A stretch of 64,000 nucleotides of DNA from Carcharhinus longimanus (GCA_030264375.1 JASCQW010000001.1:107027997-107091996); one strand, 5' to 3'. Counted from the first letter of the stretch, positions 1-12,629 are shown. The notes: generated by a model not told the origin, from the sequence alone. Translations and numbers: made by a program.

Positions 1-674
1 TTTACAATATTACTTGTGGCCAGGAGGAATCGGACAGCTAAAGTCCAACACTTGGCAATGCCTACCCTAAGCAGCCCTAATATACGCTCTTAGCACATTA
101 GGCTCCATGCCAGGAGCACAAATGAATACAACGTAGCCGACAGGTTAACCTTTTCTGACACAAATAAAAGCACCACGATGGGTCGAAAGGTAATACGTGG
201 TTCTATGTTTTTCTTATTGCTTTAGCCTATATATGGTCATAGAATTTCCTTGGCAATCAAATGCAAAGTAACATCTCAGTGAACCTGAAGTAATGATGTT
301 ACAGTTATTAATGCTTTTGTCTACTAATTCCTACACAGCAAGGACACCAACTTGTCCTGACAGCTGGTGGTAACAGCTTTTGTGTGCAAAATACTTTGCG
401 ACAAAATGTGGTACGAAACAAGAAATATGCTGCAGTGACATATTACATTCATATCTGAGTCAATTAATTTGAAATATAACTTCCAGGTTTGTAGTGTAAT
501 TATTGAGTGAATAATTATGTTGGATGTAAACTTTTACAATATTAAGTTTATTATATTATAATGCACTGTTTTTAAACATGAGCTAATGATACACTGTCCA
601 GTGTAGAAAATACCTACTTATGAAAACCATTTTCCTTCTTGTTACTTAGCTAGAAAATAATAATAATTCTGTTA

Positions 675-1845
675 ATAGCCAATGTTGACACACTGAGTTG
701 CCTCCCATTGCCCTAAATCCTGGCTCCTTTACCAGTGTTGGAAGAGGTCCTGATGACTCTGAATTTCTTGGAGACCTTGCCAGTGTCAACAAGGCAGATT
801 AAGGTCAAAAATATTTAACCTTATTTAAAATAAGGCACATGATCTTTACAAGGTGGATTCCAAGAACGACCCTCTGAAGAAATTACACCTTTTCTTATGA
901 GGAAAGATGAATTTAGTGTTGCGGGCAGGATCATTGTTTGGGGGTCTCGAGTATTTGTTTTGCCCCGAGGATAATGTCCAATATTAACCAAGCTAAGTAA
1001 TGGCCAATTCAGAGTGTCAAAAATGAAGGTGCTGGCTGGGAGTCATGTCTGGTGGCCTGGTCTTTACTCTGACATCACAGACTTGGTAAAGCGATGTGAC
1101 CAGTCCCAGGAAAATCAAAAACCCCACCCTCAGCCTCTCTACATCCATGGGAGTGGCCTCACAGGCCATGGGTGTGTGTACATGTGGACTTTGCAGGTCC
1201 CTTTATGGGTTCCATGTTTTTCATAATGGTAGGCACATACTCCAAGTGGTTGGAGGTGCATCGCATGGGTGCCACAACATCTCAGGCTATGTTCGAGAAA
1301 TTACAAGAAAGCTTCTGTACACCTGGAATACCGGAAATCCTGGTTTCCGATAAAGGCTTGGATTTTACTAGTGGTGATTTCCAGAATTTCATGCTCTCCA
1401 ATAGTATCCAACATGTCTGGACTGCTCCTTATTAACCCATCATCAAATAGACTGGCAAAACAGGTGATTCAAACCTTTAAAAATGGCACAAAGAAACAAC
1501 AGGCAGCATCCTTGGAGACTAAACTGGCATTATTTTTTTATAGGACCACACTGCACACAATAACAGAGGTTGCTCCAGCAGCATTGTTAGTGGGACAATG
1601 GCCTTGTACTAGATTGAGCCTGCAATTCCCAAACTTGGCAGTGAAGATGAAATCCCAGCAGGAAAACCAAAAAAGAAGCTATGATTTTGCAAGGGCAGAA
1701 AGAGCTTTTGCAAAGGATGATCTGGTCCATGTAAAGAACTTTGGAGATGGTCCCACATGGGTCCCTGTGACCATTATGGAGAAAACAGGACCAGTACCTT
1801 ACAAGGTCAAAGTTTAGGATAAAACCTTAAAGAAGTACTCAGAAC
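675..1845 (+). mobile_element. Degraded Gypsy (K02A2.6-like) LTR retrotransposon pol fragment: RNaseH tail, integrase zinc finger and core
   Basis: Frameshifted pieces ANVDTLSCLPLP, SKMKVLAGSHVWWPGL..DI.DLVKRC, VHVDFAGPFMGSMFFIMV..YSKWLEV, GIPEILVSDKG..FTS..F, TAPY.PSSN.LA. Confidence 0.9.
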
Positions 1846-1864
1846 TAGGAAGTCTTTGCCCTAG

Positions 1865-2067
1865 CAGCACCCGCCACTGGGTTGTGGGTTTTACACAAAA
1901 ACAAAAAAGCGTAGATTCAAAGTAACAACAAGGTTTATTCTGAGAGCTGTTGCCTGCATGGAGCAGAAACTGAAACTAAACAGGAGCCTGTAAAACGCAA
2001 TGTCATCATGATCAAATCATGTGACCAGTTCTTAAAGTAATCATGCAACCACTTTAAATATGTAACA
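1865..2067 (-). mobile_element. Probable LTR with adjacent PBS-like sequence
   Basis: On the minus strand it begins TGTTACA, contains AATAAA, and ends ...cccacaac followed by a TGGCG PBS-like motif. Confidence 0.4.
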
Positions 2068-2198
2068 TACCCTACCTAGCCTGGCCTAAAATTTGATATT
2101 AGTCTACACCCACCACATTCTCCTACCTGTCTGCTGTGGCTTTGGTGGAAGTGCCATGGAAACCCCAGAAAAATGATGTTAACACACATTTAATGCCA

Positions 2199-2558
2199 TG
2201 AAGAGACTAAGTCAGTTAGGATTATATTCATTGAAGTTTAGAAGAGTGAGAGATGATCTTATACAACTTATTAAGTTCTAATGGGGTTAGACAGGGTAGA
2301 TTCAGAAAGAATTTCCCAATGATGGAGGAGTTTAGAACTAGGTGCCATAGTTTGAGGCAAACCTTTTAGAATTGAGATGAGGAGACATTTCTTCAACCAG
2401 AAGGTGGTGAATGTGTGGAATTCACTACAACAGAAAGTAGTTAAGGCCAAAATGTTTTCTGATTTCAAGTAAAAATTAAATATAGTTCTAGGGGCTAAAG
2501 GATCAAGGAATAGGGGGGGAAAATGGCCTATTCCTTCTTCCAGTTTCCACGTTTCTAC
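2199..2558 (+). mobile_element. CR1-type LINE 3' fragment
   Basis: RL.QLGLYSL.FRR.R.DLI and RRHFF.QKVVNVWNSL.Q.VV.A-like CR1 ORF2 C-terminus. Confidence 0.8.
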
Positions 2559-2612
2559 ATAAATTCATCTAGAACACGGGAAATGTTTTTCCACTGCACG
2601 TGTTATACTTAC

Positions 2613-2727
2613 CATGTTCTGAGAATAGTGGAACAGTAATGTTGTAGATTAGATCCTGACTTGGTGTGTCTTTGTCTACAAAGGACAACTGCATAGGCTG
2701 GATTACTGTAACCCGATCTTCAAGTGC
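2613..2727 (-). CDS. FRAS1: FRAS1-family internal exon (CSPG repeat 4 start); gene continues beyond position 1
   Basis: tttttgttag acceptor, ATG|gtaagt donor; 115 nt, phase 0-1. ALEDRVTVIQPMQLSFVDKDTPSQDLIYNITVPLFSEH. Confidence 0.92.
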
Positions 2728-3024
2728 CTAACAAAAATAAAAAGTTATTTTAAAGTATTTCACAAAATAAACAATTTTACTATTTATTCTGTTCGTCAAA
2801 TATTGCAATGAAAAAGTAGAAAAAAATGTCATATCAAAAACTGATATAAATAATGCTTGCAGTTAAAAAGCTAATAGATTAAATATCAAAATACATTTGA
2901 ATTATAGTTACAAAACTTAAATCGACCAATTGTCAGACAATTATATTTTTATTTACAATAAGTCTAAATGCCATAAGGCCAGATTTGAGGTGGGGGAGTA
3001 TTAATTTAACAAGATATTGCTTAC

Positions 3025-3147
3025 TGTGACTTGTAGAGGAGTAATAACTCCTGAAGCTAGATGTGGAACATCTTCATTTTTCTGTAAAATTCCAATTTGA
3101 AATATGTGGCTTTCGGCTCCAGTATAAGGCCCAGCACCATTTGCAAT
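3025..3147 (-). CDS. FRAS1: FRAS1-family internal exon (CSPG 3/4 linker)
   Basis: tttcttgcag acceptor, ACA|gtaagc donor; 123 nt, phase 0-0. IANGAGPYTGAESHIFQIGILQKNEDVPHLASGVITPLQVT, compared with recalled FRAS1 ...LESHMFNIAILP... Confidence 0.85.
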
Positions 3148-4119
3148 CTGCAAGAAATAAGATCAAATGCATGGCAAAAAAAGTTTCCTTAATAGTTTTA
3201 TTAATTATTTGTTCCAAAGAACTGCAAATTGTTTCATAATAAACCAGAAGAAAATGAGTGTCTAAATTGATTGGTTCTTTGTGTATTCTGTAAACTAAGT
3301 TGTAATCTTAGTAGTAATGGTAAAATAAGTCATTATAATCTTCAACAGTGAGAACCCAAGGTCTCAATCCTTTAAGTGATTCCTTGATGTGTTTTACCTC
3401 ATTTCTGAATCAATCACTGGGAATTTAAACATCTTTTTAAAAATTATTGGTCTCTAAGAGAATCATAACAGTATTCATTAACAAACATGCCCATATCTTG
3501 CACCTCCACACAGAAGTTATCTTTTTGGTCTCTATTGGCTCAACGCTTTCCATAGTTTTAATATTTCACTCTCTCTCTCTTTAAAACATATGTGTTTTCC
3601 TTAATCTTAAATGCCAATACTTTTGCATGCCCTTCCTGGGTTTTATTAACTTCCTCTATAATTTTACTTCTGTATTTCTAGACTCTTCTAGAACTTCTAG
3701 ATTTTCTGCAGTCAGCGCTTGGCATCTGACATCAGCTTTCATTTTTTGCCTTATCCTACTCCATGCTCTTTGACTTTCAGGGCGGGGGGGAGGGGTGGCT
3801 GGGTTGATTTCTGAGTCCAACACATTTCTTTGTGGGAAAATATTTGTTCTGAAATCTCGTTAGTTTGTCCTTGAATGCCTCCCACTGCTCTGACATTAAT
3901 TGACCTTCAAGTAGCTGTTTCCAGTCCACTTTTGCAAAATCATATCTCAGCCTAGTAAAACTGGCCTTTCCCCAATTTAAAAGTTGAATCTTGGCCGAGC
4001 TTTATCCTTTTCTGTAACTATTTTAAATCTAGTAGAATGATGAACATGATCAGTATAATGCTCCCCTACTCCTTCCACCTGCCCGATGGCTTTCAAGAAG
4101 CATGAAAGCTTCAGGGCAA

Positions 4120-4520
4120 CGCAGCCCACTTGATTGGCACCCCATTTAACATTTACTCCCTCGATACTATTTTGGTTTTATGTACCATTTGAACTGTAGC
4201 ATCATGTCAGGGTTGTTTCAACAGCATCTTTCAAACTGTGATCTCTACTATCTGGAAGATTAAGGAGGCATAAGGTGCATGAAAGCATCTCACCTACAAA
4301 TTCTTCTCTGAGTCACACATCATCCTAACTTGGAAATATATTGACATTCTTTCGTTGTCACTGGGTCAACATCTTGAATCTTCCTACATAACCCTATCAT
4401 GGATGTAACTATAGCACAGAACTGCAGGTGGTTCAAGAAGGTAGCTCACTGCCACTTTTTCAAGGGTAGTTATGAATGGGCAATAAATGCTGGCTTTGTC
4501 AGCGAAAACCACATTCCACT
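4120..4520 (+). mobile_element. LINE (CR1/L2 group) 3' end
   Basis: Ends ...gtggttcaagaaggtagctcactgccac...gggcaataaatgctggc, a tail also present in reverse at about 33470-33560. Confidence 0.65.
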
Positions 4521-5257
4521 AACACTTTAAAAAGCATAGATATTTTGCTGGAGTTAGTTTTTAATTCACTCAGTAATCTGCATATTAATCTGGAATATAT
4601 TTTGAACTTGGGCCTGGAGGCCTGAGCATAAATTCAAATTTTGGACCATTTGGACATTATAGCATTAAAAGTGTCACACTCATTTGAACTGTCAAGAGAT
4701 TGGAGTTTCAAAGGAATTGAATCTCTTGCCAAATAAATTTGGAAAAAAAACTGTCCGCAGTGTTAAAATATTCAATTCTTGCTATTTCACTTTACATGTT
4801 GACATGAGTCTAAGGATCATCAATACAGAATTAATAACTGATGACTGATTTCTTTATTATTAGTTATCACAGCTGGCTGCCTTTCAGTTCACAGTTTGAC
4901 TGATGTGACTAATTTTGATGAGAGGTTTCACCTTGAATATTAACATCTTTCTCGTTCAAATGCTGATCACCCTATATTTCACGATGTTTTCATTTTCCAC
5001 TTGAGTCCTGAATAGATTTACAGGAGTTTCTTTCTTTTTCCATTGCATTCAATAGCATCCTAAAGCACAGGGTTCATACACTGGCAGGACCTCTATACTT
5101 AGCTGTTTTTTAAACTAATTCTTCCTTACAGTCAGTATGTCTGGCAAGTTTAGTTTTGATACTGATGCTAACAAGTCAAAGGCCAATAGCATTAACTACA
5201 ATATAATAGTTTAAAAGCAACGAAAGATTCTTAATACCAAACCGCCAGAGTCAGTAC

Positions 5258-5436
5258 CTGAAACTTGAATGAGTCCTCTGAAGACGTTACCCCTGAGTGT
5301 TGGTACCACACAATACCATTGTTAAGATCCTGCTGAGTAAATGACTTTGTCACAGTAGCTATTTTCCCATCAGGCAGCCTTTGCCACCCATCTGCTGGAC
5401 CATCTGCTGGCATTGGGACCAAAAGGATAACATCAC
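5258..5436 (-). CDS. FRAS1: FRAS1-family internal exon (CSPG repeat 3, second half)
   Basis: ttttcaatag acceptor, CAG|gtactg donor; 179 nt, phase 1-0. GDVILLVPMPADGPADGWQRLPDGKIATVTKSFTQQDLNNGIVWYQHSGVTSSEDSFKFQ. Confidence 0.94.
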
Positions 5437-6452
5437 CTATTGAAAATTAAGAATCACAATAAATGCACAGTGAGTTAACATGAGACATACTTCACGTAAT
5501 TACTGCTACTAGAAGAAAAAGACCTAACAGCAGAAAGTTTGTTTTCTTGATACAAAATTGAAATTGAATGAAACGTAAAACCCAATGATGCTTGGAATAA
5601 TTTTTTATTCTTAATAAAAACGTAAATTTTGTTTCACTCCTCCACACAGGAAATTAAACATGGCATTGGTAAAATCAGGTTTTACCAAATGGGCTCCAGG
5701 GTGGCCTACATCCAATGCATAATGACCAGCCTAGTCAAATCTTGTGATGGGAGTCTCTTGTACCAATTTAAATGAGCCAAGGGCAATGAAACTACTGCCA
5801 AGGAGCTTGTGCATAATTCTGCCTTGTAGTTATGCTGGTTTCCTGGTGCAATGGCAGCTGGCAAGGGCTGTAATTGGTTGAAATACCATTCAGCTAGCTT
5901 TCTTCTAATTTTTTTACTTGACACTAAGAATGGCTCTGGTGGTACTGGATGAGTCTTTATAAAAATTGAGGGTGCCAATGTAAACAAAGGAGGGCTTTTT
6001 AATATTTGAAAAGAATTGCAAATTTTTTTGGATGAATCATAAGACATTGCTGGCCAAACAACATTGTGCCACTCCCCAAGATCTGTGGTAGTCTGTTCCA
6101 CCCTCCTCTGCCAGATGGACTCCCCTATAGAGGCAACTATCCTACCGGGAGTCTTTAAGAATAAAAATTATTTACATGGCTTTGTCCACAGAAAATCTGC
6201 CAGTATCAGGTGGCAGGATTTCTCTCCTCCCTAAGAAGTCCTAAGAACTTATTGAGGTGGAAAACGCTGGTCCCTGGCCTTAAAGCGCATTTGACTGGAA
6301 ATTGGGCCAAATCAGAGTTGACAGCGATCCTAAAGGACTGAAGCAAACCTTTAGAAATAAGTGGTAGCAGGAAGTGAAGAAATTGAACTAAATTGCTCAA
6401 TAAGTACTTGTGAAAAATAATACTGAAAAGGTGGAGGTCCTCCAGCTGGAGG

Positions 6453-6973
6453 ATGCCCATACTTGAAGCTGAAAACTAATCTCCAGCAAAAGTATAGGAA
6501 CTGGTTAAGTGGATGGAGGCAACTAAGGCAATGCAGTTTATCCATGCACCTGACTGAAAATGAGAAAGATGGCTCATTTCCTGTGATGCCCATCGAGAAA
6601 GGTACAAGTTCAATGCTGGAACCTTCCCACACTCTGGAAGGTACCATTTCAAACATGGCACACCCACTATTCTTGTACACATCCGTTGATCTTGTGCATA
6701 CAGTTGTCCATTGATGAAAGTTGATTTTTGTTGCAAATGGAGGTAAGGACCACAGAATAGGTATGTGGACCTCAAACTGAGGTAGTAGGTGCAACCTATG
6801 CTTGTGTACAAATATAGTGGGTGTGCCATGTTTGAAATGGTACCTTCCAAATGAGTCATCGTTCTCATTTTCAGTCAGGTCCATGGATAAACTGCATTGC
6901 CTTAGTTGCCTCCTTCCTTTTAACCAGTTCCTGTACTTGCTGGTGGTTAGTCTTCAGCTGCAAATATGGGCAT
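6453..6973. repeat. Long inverted repeat (fold-back), arms about 6453-6681 and 6803-6973
   Basis: Arms are directly alignable reverse complements (e.g. ggaggcaactaaggcaatgcagtttatccatg and ggaaggtaccatttcaaacatggcacacccactat). The left arm has an extra ~55 bp; the spacer is ~120 bp. Confidence 0.92.
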
Positions 6974-7818
6974 TAGGTTAAATTGAGCTCTGTTGCAACT
7001 GAGAGAAAGACAGCAGGAGCGGGAAAGTTTCATGCAAACTAAGAATAGGCCACAAACAGGAACAAGGAGGCTGGTGTGGTATCAAAACCTATTGTTTTCT
7101 TTTCAGAGCTGTTGTTTGGACTGGTACTTGATAGTTATATAGTTGTGCAGGTTTGTACAGAATGAGATCTGGGGGGGCTCTACATTATATCATTGGCACA
7201 CATTCACTTATTGGGATAGATAAGTGAAGAGTACAGGATTATGGAAAGTCAAAGATGAGAATCATCGACTGGAAAAGAGCAAAGTTCAGTGGAAGGGTGA
7301 AGAAGTGTTTCACTAAAATGATATCAGATATAAAGCTTTAAAGTTTTATATATGAGGAAACAAACAGTTTAAGAGTTCCAACATGGACTGTTCAAATTAT
7401 ATGGGGAATTTAGAAACATTATTTCTACTATTAGTGATTCAGAAACAAGGATGAATATGTCAAAGTTCATCTTCAAAAGAACAAAGGAAAGGTTGGAAGC
7501 TTTTTAGATAGTGTAGTGTGTTGTTGTAAGGCACGTCCAACCAGAAACAGTGATGGAAGCAGACTCTGTTGCACCTTTTAAAAGGAAAGTGGATAAATAT
7601 TTGAATTAACAATGCTACCTTATGGAAAAATGGCAGAGATGTGGGAAAACAGTGAGTCTGTAGATTCCTCCATAACATCAACCAGCTGGAGTGAACCCAG
7701 TCACATCATTTACAGTTTTGTCAGAATGGAAGAATCAGGCTGCATTATCCAATATAAGAGAATATCAGAATTTAAAGAGATATTTGGTGTCATGTTCAAA
7801 AGATAAATCATTAACTAC

Positions 7819-7981
7819 CAAATTTAGGAGATTCTTTTGCATTTATCAGATTGAAGATAATCTCAGAGTCACTAGCATCTTTGTCTGCTGCCTGCAGCAA
7901 TCGGTTGGTAATCTGGAGTAATCCACCCTCAGGGACCCATCCTTGTAAGTTGTTCAGGAGTTGTGGCCCTTTGTCAATATT
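7819..7981 (-). CDS. FRAS1: FRAS1-family internal exon (CSPG repeat 3, first half)
   Basis: ttcttttcag acceptor, TTG|gtagtt donor; 163 nt, phase 0-1. NIDKGPQLLNNLQGWVPEGGLLQITNRLLQAADKDASDSEIIFNLINAKESPKF. Not in the supplied ORF track. Confidence 0.9.
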
Positions 7982-8949
7982 CTGAAAAGAAAATGAAAAA
8001 AGTTAAAAACGTACCTCACAATCTGGATTAAGTGGCATTGTGAATTAGCAGTGTCCATGTACTTTTAGTAACTAGGTTTGATGGGTGAAATAAAACGCCT
8101 GGCTACTTCTCAGTTGCAAGCCCCTTACGTGAGATGAGCTTGAATGACCTCAAACCAAGTCCCAACGAATGCACCACAGAAGTTTAAAATATAGAAGGCC
8201 ATTCACCCCATCAAGTCTGAGCTAAAGCATTTGAATTCTGTTCCACTGCCTTGCCCACTCCACACAACCCTGCAACCTCCATGTTACTATTCGGCTATGC
8301 CATAACATCGCATATCCACTGAGTACAGACATTCCTTTCAACCTTTCTCCTTAACTCACTGAGAATTGTAAATTGATCAATGCTCACCAGTGGCTTTTCA
8401 GCCAGAGGAAATTTTGCAGCACAACTGAGCAAAATTGATAATCTCACTTCATGTAGCTACTTATGAAAATGGAAAATTTCACTCTGATGCAGTAGGAATG
8501 TTCTTTGGAAGTTCATATTACAGTCGTTGGAAAGAACAAGAGGGAGCTTTTCTCAATGATGATTGTGCACCTCATACTTTCATGCGATTTCCAGCGGCCC
8601 TGCTAAATTACATTGTATTTCTTTCTCTGATACAACATACGAGAATGAGTAAAACACCAGATCTGTTTTTCCTCTGACTTTTATGTCGAGGAGCCTTGTT
8701 AAGGCCTTTTGATGTCAGTTTTTACAGCAAGTTTAAAGACTTACATTTCAGGTTTTATCTTAAGCACCAAAAGTCAAAAGAAATTTGGGAAGAAAATTAG
8801 TACCCAAGGAAGAGTAAATTTGCATGTCGTCACTATACTATATCGTGCTGTTAAATGATTTACAGTGCTGTTTAGTTACCTAACACTTCGTAGCACAGCA
8901 TAATACACACTTAAGTTAAAGGACAACTAAAAAACTATTCACAAAGTAC

Positions 8950-9545
8950 TTAAGTCTTGCTGACAAAAGAAACATGCTGTTGAAGCTTTTTATCCTGCGC
9001 TTATCTGGACAGATGCAGAACACCAAATTTCAAAGGGAATAACAATTTATAATCCATGAGAAAAGGGTTTTCATTGGTTGGCAAGTCATGTCTGATTAAT
9101 CAAAGTGTAGGTTTTTGTGCAAATAGATAGTATAATTCTTCATACATATGGAATTGTTCACCAGATCCTGCTAAATAACAGAATCAAATCAGCTTTTTCT
9201 GAGTATTTTGCTCACCATCCAACAATCAATTTGGCTCATAACGTAGCTCATTTCTACTTGCTTGAAACTACTTGAGATTCATATGCAGGGACCTGTCTTC
9301 TACAATGAAAAAGGAATATGTCCAGATATTGCACCTTTTTTGAATTAAACAATTGCTCCCTGGTGTATTTGCCACAACAATTCCTTGACCAGCCAGAGCC
9401 AATTTGTCAACCGATCACCATGCAATATAAATTATTGTTCCCTTTGAAGTTTGACATTGTTGCGTCTGACCTGATGACTGTAAGACAATAAACTTTGGCA
9501 ACATGTCTCTTTCTTCGGCAATATTCGAATTCTGTATCACCAAGC
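8950..9545 (+). mobile_element. Penelope-like element remnant with inverted pseudo-LTRs
   Basis: About 8960-9105 is the reverse complement of about 9383-9520. The interior encodes frameshifted AHNVAHFYLLETT/IHMQGPV/KEYV, like the PLE GIY-YIG C-terminus (LEATYI...GPVLCRQKE.V). A CTGATGA hammerhead core is at 9471. Confidence 0.7.
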
Positions 9546-10023
9546 AATTTTTTATTTACACGGTCTACTGATTAATACTTATGAAGCCTAACAGCAGTTC
9601 CTAAACATAAACATACGCTACATTAGGGTTCTTTATGCGACAATGAAACGCTGTGAAATTTTAGGGGTGAAATGTGTAAACTATAAGATTTGAGAAGATT
9701 ATGGGCAGGATTTTCCAGGCCCAACATTGTTGCATAAAGGATGAGAAAACTTGGTGAACTGCATTTTCTTCAGTGCTTCAATATCCTACTGGAGCACAGA
9801 GACAGTAAGGCAGTTTTCCTGGCATCATCCACATTTTATACATTTTTATCAACATTGCAAAAGAATCTCAACATCTTTCACATAGCCTGATTATGATGAA
9901 GAGAGATTATATGATATCACAGTTGTTACCACTTTTTCTTTAAGTATCAAATATTTCAAGCCAGGTGTAATTCTATGAAATGAATACTAATTGTGAAACA
10001 TTGGTTTTAAAACAAAATTTACA

Positions 10024-10056
10024 TTGCAACCACAATACTTCCACAAGGTGGCAGTG
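10024..10056 (+). promoter_or_regulatory. Candidate CTCF binding site
   Basis: CCACAAGGTGGCAG at 10041-10054 (consensus CCASYAGRKGGCRS) with an upstream TGCAAC module, in AT-rich non-repetitive intron. Confidence 0.35.
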
Positions 10057-10744
10057 CTTATGCAGTCATCTACAGGTTGACAGGAATTAAAATTCAACAT
10101 GTTAAGGAACTTTATTCTATAATGTTAGAGTTGACACACACTAAGGTTGTGTTATGGGACAGGAAATTGAAATGTTAGCATTGATAGATATTAGCACGTT
10201 TATTTTCTCATCTCCTACTTATCTCTGCGAGTAGAAATCCCAATGCAACTTTTTGGCACTCAGTCACTTTTTTGGAGTGTGGTTAGTTTTGTGCAGGGAG
10301 GGATGGCAGACGCTAAACATGCCAATAAGCCAGCTGCATTGCACTCAAGTATCATTTCACACTGGCATCCTGATCTTTCAGTGCACTGGAAAACCCCCTC
10401 CCACTCCATCAAATCGGCAGCATGCTTCCCCCAGCCCCCATCCCCCATGTCCACATCAGGGCAGCATGTGGAAGGAGTGAGAAATCCAGACAGGGTTGGT
10501 AGTCTCTCTTGAATATCCTTGGAGGAATGAGAGTGCAGAAGGATCCTACACAAATCCATTTACCTTAAAGCTTGCAGACTTTTCCATGTCAAAATGCCAT
10601 AGTCTTTGATTGATCATGCATTAAGACAGCAGGAAATGGTCATAAAAGGAAGTGACACAAAATAAGTCTGGGAACAACTCCTGTCTCATTAACTTGGTTT
10701 CACTGAGCCACTGGAGATAGAGGCTAGGTTCTCTATGGCTCCTG

Positions 10745-11080
10745 CTCTGTCTAAAACCGCAAGAAACTACAAAAGGTCGCAAATGTAGCCCAATCCATCA
10801 TGCAAACCAGTTTCCCATCCATTGACTCTGTCTACACTTTCCACTGCCTCAGCAAAGCAGTCACGTACCAACTGACTCAAGAACAGCTTCTTTCCTGCTG
10901 CCATCAGACTTTTGAATGGAAGTTAAGTTGATCTTTCTCTACGCTTTAGCTATGACTGTAACACTATACTCTGCAGTCTCTTGTTTCTTTCTCTATGCAT
11001 GGTATGTTTTGTCTGTGTAGCATGCAAGAAACAATACTTTTCACTGTATGTTAACACATGTGACAATAATAAATCAAATC
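10745..11080 (+). mobile_element. Rex1/Babar-type LINE 3' fragment
   Basis: RKKLQKV..VAQSI...FPSIDSVY and KNSFFPAAIRLLN motifs; tail ...tgtgacaataataaatcaaatc. Confidence 0.7.
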
Positions 11081-12629
11081 TCAAGTAAATGTCAGAAATC
11101 CTGGTGTAACAACAAAAGGAGTAGAGACACTGAGCTGAAGTTTCCAAGCCCCATAAAGTAGCTTGGAGTCAGGGAAGGAGATGGGAAGGAAAAGGACCAG
11201 GAAAATAGTGGAGAGCTGGATAAGGCCAAATTCCAGCCATATGGGAACTTTCTTGGGTGGGTTGAAAGGAGAATCAGCAGCCCATTACACCAAGGCAGGC
11301 AGACAATTAAGATGTTTAAGGTCCCATTTTGGAGCTATTGTGCCCAGCAGTGGAATCTCCCTATCGTCCATTCCCCCAGTCCAACCCCTCAACCAGCACA
11401 GTATCATGTAGGAGCCACGGTTCACTTGATGCCACCTCTCCACAACAGGCCAGAGGGAAGAGACAGAGACTCAATGCCCCAAAAATGGGGCTTATGAACA
11501 GGAAAGGCCACACCCATGGCACTATGTAGGGTCACTCCTCCGCCCATCTGGAGGGGTGTCCCTATCCTCTGAGTAGCTTATTGCTTCACGCCTTATAACA
11601 TTTTAATATCAATCCATGAGTTGGGCGTTTCCCAACCTCTCTCAGTGGAGCTGCCGAAGCTCCAGAACTACTGGCTCATGCGCTGTCTTTAATAGGAAGG
11701 CAAGCACAAGGAAGGCAAGTGTGGGTTCGGGACCCCCCATTTGGTATTGACATTAGTATCCTGAAAGTCTCTCTCACTTGGCCTTTGTGTTAAAATTATA
11801 CGAACACATGAAACCAGCTCATGGTACAGAGGATTACCCTGGGAAATGAATGCAGAGACCTGCTGTAGCTGCTATTTTCCTTCTGTGAGCTGGCTAATTG
11901 TTAAGGTGGAACATTAAAATTAGTAGATGGATTTTCTTGTCGGCAACCCAACACAGTACAAGGGCTGCCATCGTGCCTCCTCAACGAGGAACAGAATAAG
12001 GAGGATGTAGATGAAAGGGAATCATATTTCAGGCCTGGTGTCAAGCTATTATTAATAGACCAGCATTCAAAGGAATAAATATCCAGACAGCGAAAATTAT
12101 AATGGCCACAGTTCTACACAAAGACTCTAAAAGCTTCACTACTGCTTTGAGTTTAGGATCAGCCAGTATGTAGCTCAACACTGTATCTGGGACAATAGAT
12201 GTCAATGTCTGCCATATATCATCATATATCACATTCATTAGCAGCATGCAATGCGCTAAATGGACAGCAGACCCAAATTTACCAGCCATTTGTCATTCCT
12301 TAAATAAAAGGCACTATTCATTGCAATTATGTCATTCATGCACCTGCCAAAAGTGACATTCTTTTAATTGGCAGATACAGTTGTTGCTCTCTCAACATTC
12401 AAATGGAAAGCAACATCTGATGAAGGATTTACTTTAAGACGAACCTAGAGGGAATCGAAGGTCCACCTGCTGTTCAAGCCACATAACATGGGAAATACTG
12501 ATTGGCCAACCCAAATGTAGCTGGTTCCATCACTGTAGGAACCCGAAACTCCACAGAAGGATAACTGTTGTTTGTCACAAGCTGAGCACTATTGCCAACG
12601 AAAGTGGTACATGCACATTGTAGCAAATT

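Noticed and set aside
6778-6790. TGAGGTAGTAGGT, identical to the first 13 nt of let-7, inside a local hairpin
   Set aside because: The sequence diverges right after nt 13 (gcaacctatg versus tgtatagtt). It lies on the 3' side of the local stem with no let-7 star arm, and it is antisense to the host gene. Most likely chance.
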